A DNA stretch of 46,434 nt from Kiritimatiellia bacterium (GTDB taxonomy: Bacteria > Verrucomicrobiota > Kiritimatiellia > RFP12 > UBA1067): the NCBI GenBank assembly GCA_051884935.1, contig JBJEWG010000150.1, positions 1 through 46,434 of the forward strand, in the 5' to 3' direction. Below the pieces are notes generated by a model that saw only the letters and a list, made by a program, of their open reading frames with translations, ran no database searches and had not been told where the DNA came from. The position numbers and the translations under genes are program-made. Of this stretch, positions 33,030 to 41,096 are shown piece by piece; the first letter of the stretch is position 1; each line of letters starts with the position of its first letter.

Positions 33030-34076
33030 TCAGAAGAACCACTTCGCGCAGGCCAGCAGACCCTGCTTCCAAGGCACACGGTGGGAGACGCCCGTCTTGC
33101 CGGCGAACTCCGAAAGATGCGCGACGTACCAGTCGTAGTTACGCACCAGCGCGTCCTTGTTGGAGTAGCGCGGCGCAAAGCCCAGCTCCCGCTCGGCGCG
33201 GGCGATGGAGACGAAGCTATCCGTCGATGCCGTCTCGTACACCCACGGGTAGAGCGGCGAGAGGTGGAGCTTTTCAAGGATGCGGAGAATGAAGACGATG
33301 GGCTTGACGGGCAGACCGTGAATCTTCTTGCCATGTCCAGCACGGTCCAGCACCGCCTGATAGTCCTCCTTCATCGTCGTGAACTCCTTCGCGCCGATGT
33401 TGAACTCGGTGTTCACGACCTTCTCCTCGCGCGTCATCGCCAGCCAGATCGCCTCGCAGAGATCCGCCACGTCCATCAGCTGATAGCGGTTGTCGCCACG
33501 GCCGATCATCGGGAAGCCGTGCCCCGTGTAGGCCCAGTCGTAGAACAGCGCGAATACGCCCAGGCGCTCGGGCCCGACGAAGCTCTTCGGGCGGATGATC
33601 GGCACGCAGAACCCGCTCGCGCGCGCATCGCGGCAGATTCTCTCGGCCTCGATCTTCGCGTGTCCATAAGGTCCCACGCCGACCAGCTCGTCGTCCTCGT
33701 AGATCGGGTGCCGCTTCGGCACGCCGTAGACGGCGGTGGATGATATCTGGATCATGCGCGGCACCCCCGTGCGGCGGCAGGCCGTGATCACGTTGCGCAC
33801 GCCATCGACCTCCGTCGTGCGGATATCCTCGGGGGAGTAGAGCGGCAGCGCGGCGGCCGTGTTGACCACCGCATCGCATCCCTCCACGCACCGGTTCACG
33901 GCCGCGGGGTCCCGAACGTCGCCCTTGACGAACTTCAGCCAGGGCTCCCCGGCCTCCGGGTAGTCGAAGTCCGCGATGTCGAGCACGCGAATCTCCTCGA
34001 CGCCCTTCATCCGGAGGTGGCGGATCAAGTTGATGCCGAGGAAGCCGCTGCCACCGGTAACTAACACTGTCTTCAT
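33030..34076 (-). CDS. NAD-dependent epimerase/dehydratase (SDR family)
   Basis: VTGGSGFLG Rossmann motif and YGHAK (YxxxK). I chose ATG 34076, which follows GGAG. Confidence 0.85.
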   Translation of the reverse strand: MKTVLVTGGSGFLGINLIRHLRMKGVEEIRVLDIADFDYPEAGEPWLKFVKGDVRDPAAVNRCVEGCDAVVNTAAALPLYSPEDIRTTEVDGVRNVITACRRTGVPRMIQISSTAVYGVPKRHPIYEDDELVGVGPYGHAKIEAERICRDARASGFCVPIIRPKSFVGPERLGVFALFYDWAYTGHGFPMIGRGDNRYQLMDVADLCEAIWLAMTREEKVVNTEFNIGAKEFTTMKEDYQAVLDRAGHGKKIHGLPVKPIVFILRILEKLHLSPLYPWVYETASTDSFVSIARAERELGFAPRYSNKDALVRNYDWYVAHLSEFAGKTGVSHRVPWKQGLLACAKWFF

Positions 34077-34083
34077 GTCTTCT

Positions 34084-35817
34084 TCACTCCGTGATTGCAA
34101 CCATCAGGTTCGCGACCGTCCCGCGGTCGAGCACGAAGATCGCATCCGCGCCGCCAACCGTCGCATAGCGTCCCCCACCGCCGGCGAGCGCGCCCAGCAT
34201 GAGATTCCGTCGCACCGCATCCGCCCCCTCGCAGTCGATTGCGATCACGAGGGCGGGTGCGCTCAGTCCACAGCGCCGCAGATCGTCCGGCGACGCCGCG
34301 ACGGTTTCGACCGCCACGGCCTCCACCCGCGTCAGTGCGGCCAGAAGGTTCTTGACCGCCGCGACACGCACCGTCGCGGGCGCAGAACCTGCATCGAGAT
34401 TCCATACGCCGCGCTCGGCGTCGAAGACGACGGAGACGGCCGCGCCCGACGCGGGCTTCAGCGAGAGGCGCCGCACGGCCTTCGGGTCGAGCTCGATCAA
34501 CGTCTTGGACCGCAGATTCGCCCACGGGCCGCACTCCTTGAAGAGCGCGCGGGCGACCGTCACATCCGGGTGAACGCGCGCCGACGTCGCGACGGAGATG
34601 CGAACCGCGTCCGCGCCGAGGTCGCCCACCGGCACATCGCTGCCGCGCAGGCGAAGGATCACATCGACGAGGGCCGTTGCGGCCGCCTGGTCCGCCGCAG
34701 CCGCCACCGGCGCCTCCAAACGCCAGACGCCGTTCGTCGAACAGGAGAGGACGTAGACAAGCTCGCCGGCGGAGATGGAGATCGACCGCACGCGCTCGTC
34801 CGCGCCGAACGGAAATACGCGCGTGTCACGGAATGCGGCATCTCCTTTCCGGAACAGGTCGGCCACTGCGGCTTCAAGCGTCACGACGGCGCTTCCGTTC
34901 CGCACGAGCGCATAGACGAGATTCGTGCCCGCCGAGGAACCGAATACGATCTGGTCGGGCACACCCGCCCCGGACTTGACGGTCACCGAGAGCCCCGACT
35001 CCGACGCGAGCCCGTACGGCGCCAGCGCGGACTGCGGCAGAACGGCCTGGTCGCCCGCAGGTGCCGCGTGCGCGGCGGAGGGCAACACGAACCCGGCGAT
35101 GCGGGCCGACGCGAGGGCCTCCGTCAGCGACGCCACCACGTCGTCGTCCGCCGGAGCCTCAAGCGGGGCCGCAAGGCGCCAGCCGGACGCATTGCGCACA
35201 AGGCGGATGAACGACGACTCCGACGCCCGCAGGTCCAGCCCGGCGATCTGCTCCCGTGCGGTCGAGATGAGCGTGCGGTCGCGGAACCCGTCCGCATCGG
35301 ATGGAATCGCGTCCAGCGCCGCCACGGGGACCGTGAAGACATTGCGCAGCCCCTCCGTGCGCGCGTAGACATCCTTCCCCGAAGCCGTGAGCGCGCCGAA
35401 GAACACCCGCGACGCAACGCCGTTCGCCCGAAGCGTGACCGCGACGCGCACGCTCCCCGAGAGCCCGAAGTCAACGAAGTCCTCGCCCAGCTCCGCCAGT
35501 TCGGATTCCGTCCGCATGTCCCCGAGCGGCAGCAGCGTCACCATATCCACGAGCCGCGCCACGGGCGCCGCGGCCGCAGCGGCGGAATAGGGGGCGGCGA
35601 TCGACCACGCGCCGAAGTCGCCGCGCACAAGCCGCACGACATTCGTCCCGTGGCGCGCGATCTCGATTTCGTCCACGGCCTCCGGCGCAAAGGTGCAGAG
35701 CGTGTTGCGCGTGACCTCGCTCGCCACCGCGCGCGACCGCCAGGAGAGGAACGCGAGCAGCGCGGCGAGGAGCACGATCCCCGTCAGGAAGAACACGATG
35801 AAACGACGATTGCTCAT
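34084..35817 (-). CDS. DUF4340 domain protein (GldG-associated)
   Basis: N-terminal TM anchor MSNRRFIVFFLTGIVLLAALLAF. Positioned after the GldG-like gene. Its start overlaps the upstream stop. Confidence 0.7.
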   Translation of the reverse strand: MSNRRFIVFFLTGIVLLAALLAFLSWRSRAVASEVTRNTLCTFAPEAVDEIEIARHGTNVVRLVRGDFGAWSIAAPYSAAAAAAPVARLVDMVTLLPLGDMRTESELAELGEDFVDFGLSGSVRVAVTLRANGVASRVFFGALTASGKDVYARTEGLRNVFTVPVAALDAIPSDADGFRDRTLISTAREQIAGLDLRASESSFIRLVRNASGWRLAAPLEAPADDDVVASLTEALASARIAGFVLPSAAHAAPAGDQAVLPQSALAPYGLASESGLSVTVKSGAGVPDQIVFGSSAGTNLVYALVRNGSAVVTLEAAVADLFRKGDAAFRDTRVFPFGADERVRSISISAGELVYVLSCSTNGVWRLEAPVAAAADQAAATALVDVILRLRGSDVPVGDLGADAVRISVATSARVHPDVTVARALFKECGPWANLRSKTLIELDPKAVRRLSLKPASGAAVSVVFDAERGVWNLDAGSAPATVRVAAVKNLLAALTRVEAVAVETVAASPDDLRRCGLSAPALVIAIDCEGADAVRRNLMLGALAGGGGRYATVGGADAIFVLDRGTVANLMVAITE

Positions 35818-37997
35818 GCTCCGCGCCTCCTGAGCGGCCAGAGAAGGAGCCCGACGAGGACCACGAACAAAGAGGGCCCCAGCACGGCGATGAAGCCAAA
35901 GCGAATCCAGCCCTCGCGGTCCATCCCCGTGGCGACCGCATTGCCCGGCGCGCGGGAGGCCGTCAGCGCGTCGAGCCCGGCCAGCCACGCGAGCGAATTG
36001 AGGAAGATTTCACGGTTCGCATTGCCCCGCAGCGCCAGCGCGCCGTTCGAGACGAACGCGGCATCGCCCAGAACCACGAGGCGCATCGGGTGGAGCGCCA
36101 CGTCCTTCGCGACGTCGCCGCCGCGTTCGAGCGCAACGGCAAGCGCGAGGGGGCCGCCCGGCTCGAACGTCGCGTCGCGCGTCCAGGGGCGCACCGAGAG
36201 GTCGGACTCCCCCCAGGCCCGCTCGTCCGTCCGCGCGAGCTCCGTGTAGACGGTTCCCTCGACCTGGGAGGACGGCACGGCGACGAGGGCGACCGCGTCG
36301 GCGAACACGGCCGTGCCACCCATCAGCGGGCGCGTCACGGGATGGTCCGAGAAGTCACGCACCACCACATCCGAGCCGGAGAGGGTGCGCGGCGAAACGA
36401 CGGCATACGGCAACACCTTCACCCCGAGATTCGCCAACAACGCCCCGACGCCCGCGTTCGGACCCTGCGTCGCCAACACCAGCAGACGCCCGCCGGCCCG
36501 CATCCATCCTTCGAGGCGGGTCGTCTCCACCCGCGAGAACGGCTCACGTGCCCCCGCGACGACAAGGACGGCGGCATCTTCGGGGATCACGGGCGAGGCC
36601 GTCAGGTCGAGTTCCCCGAGATGATAGCCGTCGCGCCGCAGCTCCCGCGCGATGTCGCTCATCCCGGCAACGGCGTCGTACGACGTATAGGACGTCTCGC
36701 CATGCCCCACCGTCCAGTAGACCGTCTCGCGCCGCGCGGGCAGGGAGAGCCGCTGAAGCGCCGAGGCGCACGCCGTCTCGCCGACAAAGAGCCCCGACTC
36801 GCCCACGGCGACAACCCCGTTGGTCGCACTCGAAAACAGGTCCTTCACCGGCACCTGAATCTTCCGGCTCCCGCGCCGGAAGACGAGCGTACCCTCCTCG
36901 GCGCCCTTCCGGACCAGTTCCACGGCCCGCCCCAGCTCCCAGCGCGGATCGACGTACTCGACCGAAAGGCGGGCCCCCGCAACGGAGCGCGCCGTCGCCT
37001 CAAGGCCGCGCAGCAGACGGGAGACCGCGCGGAACTCCGGCGCCCGCCGCGCGAGGAAACACGTCACGTGCACGTCACCGTGCGTCTCGGAGAGTATCTG
37101 CCGCGTCCGCGCCGAAGTCTTCGCCGTCCCGGAATGGAGCGGCAGCTCGAAGGTGAAGTCGAGATTCAGGGTGAGCGTGACCACCAGGCTGGCGAAGACG
37201 AACGCCAACACCGTCACCGCCAGGGTCGAACACCGAAGGCCGCGCGCCCCCCGCCCGCGCAGCCGCACCGCCGCCACGGCCTTCGTCGCGGCGAACAGCG
37301 CGAAGAGGATCAGCACGCCGTAGAACGCCAGCGTCGAGAGCCGCACAAGCCCCGTGGCGAAATCGACGATGTGCGCCTCGAACGGCATCGACGCGAACCG
37401 CATCCGCAGCACGGGCGACCAGGCCGTGGCCATCTCGAACGCCGCATGGGGAAGCGCCAGCACGAGAATCATCGACGCGAACGCGGCCACGGCGGCATGG
37501 CGGGAACACGCGCTCGCAAGCAACCCCACCGCACACCACAGAGCGGACTGCAGCAACAACGCCAGCATGGCCGGAAGGAAGGAGAACAGCGACAAGGCCC
37601 CGCGAAGCGCCGGCGCGCACAGCGGCAGCAGCACGACCGGCACGACCAGATACAGCGCCAGCGCCAGCGCGCACAGCGCGAAGGCCCCCAGATACTTTCC
37701 CAGAACGATCTCCCGCTCCAGGAGAGGGGCCGACAACAGCAGCTCCAGACGCCCGTTCGCGCGCTCGTCGGCCACAAGGCGCATCGTCACCAGCGCCGCG
37801 AGCACGGGCAGGAACGGAACCGCCGCCGTCGCCCAGAGCGCCTCGACCGGCGTCGTCCCCCCGTCGCCGCGCACGAGCGCGTGCGTGAAGAACGCGCCCG
37901 AAAGCGCCAGAAACCCGGCGACGCAGACAGCCGTCGAGAACGAAGGCCACAGCCGCCCGACCGTGCGGGCGAAGATCACGCGGACCGTGCGCGTCAC
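35814..37997 (-). CDS. Fused ABC-2 permease (GldF-like) and GldG-like auxiliary domain
   Basis: Six or more TM helices in the N-terminal 300 aa, then a large periplasmic GldG-like domain and a C-terminal TM. GTG 37997 overlaps the ATPase stop (GTGA). Confidence 0.75.
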   Translation of the reverse strand: MTRTVRVIFARTVGRLWPSFSTAVCVAGFLALSGAFFTHALVRGDGGTTPVEALWATAAVPFLPVLAALVTMRLVADERANGRLELLLSAPLLEREIVLGKYLGAFALCALALALYLVVPVVLLPLCAPALRGALSLFSFLPAMLALLLQSALWCAVGLLASACSRHAAVAAFASMILVLALPHAAFEMATAWSPVLRMRFASMPFEAHIVDFATGLVRLSTLAFYGVLILFALFAATKAVAAVRLRGRGARGLRCSTLAVTVLAFVFASLVVTLTLNLDFTFELPLHSGTAKTSARTRQILSETHGDVHVTCFLARRAPEFRAVSRLLRGLEATARSVAGARLSVEYVDPRWELGRAVELVRKGAEEGTLVFRRGSRKIQVPVKDLFSSATNGVVAVGESGLFVGETACASALQRLSLPARRETVYWTVGHGETSYTSYDAVAGMSDIARELRRDGYHLGELDLTASPVIPEDAAVLVVAGAREPFSRVETTRLEGWMRAGGRLLVLATQGPNAGVGALLANLGVKVLPYAVVSPRTLSGSDVVVRDFSDHPVTRPLMGGTAVFADAVALVAVPSSQVEGTVYTELARTDERAWGESDLSVRPWTRDATFEPGGPLALAVALERGGDVAKDVALHPMRLVVLGDAAFVSNGALALRGNANREIFLNSLAWLAGLDALTASRAPGNAVATGMDREGWIRFGFIAVLGPSLFVVLVGLLLWPLRRRGA

Positions 37998-38689
37998 GCC
38001 GCACCTCCCGGCACCTTCATGCCCAGCACCGTGCGCACGCCCGCCACCGTCTTCGCGCCGAAGATGCGCCCCTCGCGGAGAACGTAGAACTTGCTCGCCC
38101 ACTGGGCCAGCTCATCGAGCTCGTGCCCGCTCACGATCACCGCCGCGAAGGACGAGACCGCCCCGACGATTCGGCCGAACGACGCCCGCGTCGCGGGGTC
38201 GAGCCCCGCCAGCAGATCGTCGAGGATGAGAAAACGCGGGCGCAGCAGCACGGCGTCCGCCAGCGCGACGCGCTTGCGCAGGCCAAGGGAGAGCGTGTCG
38301 ATGCGGGTCTCCGCATAGGCCTCCAGCCCGCAGAGCTCCATCGCCTCGGCCACGCGGTGACGGATCTTCTTCGCCATCTCCCCCCGCAGATTCGCCCGGT
38401 AGCGCAGATACCCCCGCACGCGCATATCGGGCTCCACCGCGGCCGTCTCGGGCAGATACCCCAGCATCCGGCGGAACCGCAGCGGCTGCCGAAAGGCATC
38501 GGCACCGTCCACGCGGACCGTCCCCGCCGACGGCACGCAGAGCCCCACGAGAATCTTCAGAAGCGTCGTCTTCCCCGCACCGTTCGCCCCGGCCAGAACG
38601 GCCGTCTCTCCCGGGGCGACGGAGAACGACACATCTTCCAGAAGAGGTCTGCGGCCCCACGAAAAAGATATGTGCTGTACTTCAAGCAT
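37994..38689 (-). CDS. ABC transporter ATP-binding protein
   Basis: Walker A GANGAGKTT, signature LSLGLRKR, Walker B FLILDD. I chose the start at MLEVQHISF. Confidence 0.9.
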   Translation of the reverse strand: MLEVQHISFSWGRRPLLEDVSFSVAPGETAVLAGANGAGKTTLLKILVGLCVPSAGTVRVDGADAFRQPLRFRRMLGYLPETAAVEPDMRVRGYLRYRANLRGEMAKKIRHRVAEAMELCGLEAYAETRIDTLSLGLRKRVALADAVLLRPRFLILDDLLAGLDPATRASFGRIVGAVSSFAAVIVSGHELDELAQWASKFYVLREGRIFGAKTVAGVRTVLGMKVPGGAA

Positions 38690-38765
38690 CAGTCGCGGAT
38701 ATTCTATCAAATATCCACGGCTGGTTGTAGCGGAATCGGGGCGCGGCGCTGAACAGGTCAAATCC

Positions 38766-40622
38766 CTACTTTGAGGAGAACGTCGTCGTGAGCGTCGCCT
38801 CCGTCACGGGCTCCGTGAAGGCGAACGCGAGGCGCTGCACGTCCGGGCAGGACGGGTTCTCGATCGTCTCCGCGGAGAACGCCACCGGCGCCGAGCCCGC
38901 CACGGCGAGCTTCATCTTGCGGTAGGTCTTCGGGCTCTTGTCGAACGTGAAGGCGAGCGGCCCCTCGTCCGTCCGCCGCCAGGTGCGGTAGGTGATCACG
39001 GGCACCTCGAACGTCGTCGGCTCGGTGCAGACGACCCGGTCCACGATCGTGATCGCGTCCGCCTCGCGGTCGAACGTGAGCGTGCGGACGAGCGACTTCA
39101 GCGCGGGCACCGCGTAGGCGGCCGCGTACTCGATCTCCAGCACGTCCCGCGTCGGCGTGAACTCGGTGCGCAGCACCTTGGCGGCGGCGCGGCGCCCCGC
39201 CGATTGCAGCCTGCCGCCGACCACCGGCACGGGGTGGCCGAACGAGTTGAGCACCTTCGAGACGTAGCGGTCCTTCGAGAAGGTGCGGCGCGTGTAGACC
39301 TCGCCGCCCGGGTCGCCGGCCATCTCCGCGCCGTCCAGCATGATGTAGTAGGTGCCCACGTCGTTGTGGTTGTGCAGTTCGGCGTTGTGGCCCCCCTTGA
39401 AGGCGACGCCGAAGGTCATCGTGCGCGCGGGATGGTGCGCGCGCGAGATGAGCACCTGCGCATCGGGGAACCACGTGCGCGCCGGCAGCACGTCCAGCGT
39501 GGGCGGCACGGGCGCGGGCTCCTGCCCGAACGCGCGCAGGGAGAACAGCGGCGCGCCGCCCTGGAACGGCTCCGCCTTCAGCGCCGCCGTGTTCGCCAGC
39601 TCCGGCCACACCTGCCGCCCGAGCGCCAGATACGCGGGCGAGGCGTTCCCGCCGCCGTCCGCGAAGTGCGGGGACTTCCCGGACTGCACCTGGAAGCCGT
39701 AGGCGTACTTCATCACCTCGCGGCACTTCGGGTCGGCGAAAAGATCGACCTTCCCGCCCGTGGCCGCGCGCACGGCCAGCCCCATTTCGAGGTGGTGCCC
39801 GTAGCCGTAGTTCCAGTAGCCCATGCCCTCCGAGCAGTAGCCGTCGTCGTTGTAGCCCTTCAGCGCATACGGCACGCTCTCCTCGGCGAAGGCGACGAAC
39901 TCGGCGCGCAGCCGGCGGTCCTCGACCACCGCGAGCGCGGTGCGCACCACGCAGGCGTTGCACACGCTGTTCCAGTTGTTGCCGCCGTGGAACCACCAGT
40001 GCCCGGGGATCCTCTCCTGCCCGCGCGCGTGGCGCAGATGCGGCTGGAACGTGCGGCGGTCGAGCTCGGCGACGATCTTCGCGCGCGTCGCCTCCGGCAG
40101 GCGGCCCTTCAGCCAGTCGGCGCAGAACGCGAGCGAGAGGGAGATGTGCCCGGCCATCAGGTCGATGTGCGGCTTGCCCCCGAAGCAGGTCAGCGTCCCG
40201 TCATGCGCCGGCAGCGTCCAGCTCTTCATCGCACAGAAGGCATCGACGTATTCGACGATCTTCGGCAGGAAGCGGCCCTTCCCCTCCAGACACTCGGCGG
40301 TGACGAGATGCGCGAAGGCCGCGTTGCGCCGGCCCAGGCTCTTCTGGTAGTGCGTGCGGTTGCCGGTCTGCGTGAATTCGAGGTATTCGGCGTCCGGCGC
40401 GTCCGGCACGGGCTGGTTCAGCAGCGCCTCGGCGGCCTTGACCTCGGCGAGGCCCTGCGCGGTGGACGCGAGGCGCCCCCAGGCGGCGCGGTCGTCGGCC
40501 CGCGCGCCGTCCGCGGCGGGGTGTTCCGGCAGCCACGCGGCGATCTCGTCCACGCGCGCGTCCGTGATGGCGAAGGCGCTCGTCACGCCCGCCAGCGCCA
40601 GTCCCAGTAGCAGTCTTCTCAT
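38766..40622 (-). CDS. Heparinase II/III-like polysaccharide lyase family protein
   Basis: Signal peptide. GGNNWNSVCN and HNHNDVGTYYIMLDG motifs typical of the heparinase II/III family. Confidence 0.75.
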   Translation of the reverse strand: MRRLLLGLALAGVTSAFAITDARVDEIAAWLPEHPAADGARADDRAAWGRLASTAQGLAEVKAAEALLNQPVPDAPDAEYLEFTQTGNRTHYQKSLGRRNAAFAHLVTAECLEGKGRFLPKIVEYVDAFCAMKSWTLPAHDGTLTCFGGKPHIDLMAGHISLSLAFCADWLKGRLPEATRAKIVAELDRRTFQPHLRHARGQERIPGHWWFHGGNNWNSVCNACVVRTALAVVEDRRLRAEFVAFAEESVPYALKGYNDDGYCSEGMGYWNYGYGHHLEMGLAVRAATGGKVDLFADPKCREVMKYAYGFQVQSGKSPHFADGGGNASPAYLALGRQVWPELANTAALKAEPFQGGAPLFSLRAFGQEPAPVPPTLDVLPARTWFPDAQVLISRAHHPARTMTFGVAFKGGHNAELHNHNDVGTYYIMLDGAEMAGDPGGEVYTRRTFSKDRYVSKVLNSFGHPVPVVGGRLQSAGRRAAAKVLRTEFTPTRDVLEIEYAAAYAVPALKSLVRTLTFDREADAITIVDRVVCTEPTTFEVPVITYRTWRRTDEGPLAFTFDKSPKTYRKMKLAVAGSAPVAFSAETIENPSCPDVQRLAFAFTEPVTEATLTTTFSSK

Positions 40623-40832
40623 CGAGCCCTCGTTCCTTTCCTATGGTCTCCCCAGTGCCGCCAGTCTAGCATCTTCCCCGCCGCCCTGTCAACCGCCCCT
40701 TCTCGCCGAATCTTCCAAAACCACGCGGCGAGGCGGACGTTTTGCCCCGGAGGGGGCGGTTCCGTGGTGCGCGACACTCGGTCAAATGGTGCGCATCACC
40801 CCGGTCAGATGCTCGGACGATTTGGAGTTTGG

Positions 40833-40986
40833 TTGCGCAAGAGAATGAATTCAGTTGCGCAACTGAATTTGTTCACTTGCGCAAGAGAATTTATTTGGTT
40901 GCGCAAGAGAATTCCGGATGACGGGGGGAGAATGCCGTTGGGTCGGTGGTGATTTGCCGTTTCGTCGGGGGGAGAATGCCGCAGCC
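40833..40986. repeat. Seven tandem 22-bp units in phase (4 x TTGCGCAAGAGAAT type, 3 x GGGGAGAATGCCG type)
   Basis: TTGCGCAA starts at 40833, 40855, 40877 and 40899. Units at 40921, 40943 and 40965 are related to each other (40921 and 40965 match at 16 of 22 positions). Confidence 0.85.
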
Positions 40987-41017
40987 TCCGGCACCACCCG
41001 GGCGACTGTTCGGGGAG

Positions 41018-41055
41018 GAAACTCTGGCCCCGGCCGCCCGACTATTGGCAGTCGG
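41018..41055 (-). terminator. Stem-loop terminator candidate after the 903-aa gene
   Basis: Perfect 16-bp stem, ccccggccgcccgact and agtcgggcggccgggg, with a 6-nt loop, about 40 nt past the stop at 41097. The T-tract is weak. Confidence 0.5.
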
Positions 41056-41096
41056 GCGGCCGGGGTCATGTCGGCTGACTGTTTCTGGAGAACACC

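Noticed and set aside
40764-40952. 62-aa ORF with a repeated LRKR peptide.
   Set aside because: The peptide periodicity simply reflects translation of the 22-bp DNA repeats. There is no ribosome-binding site or coding composition.
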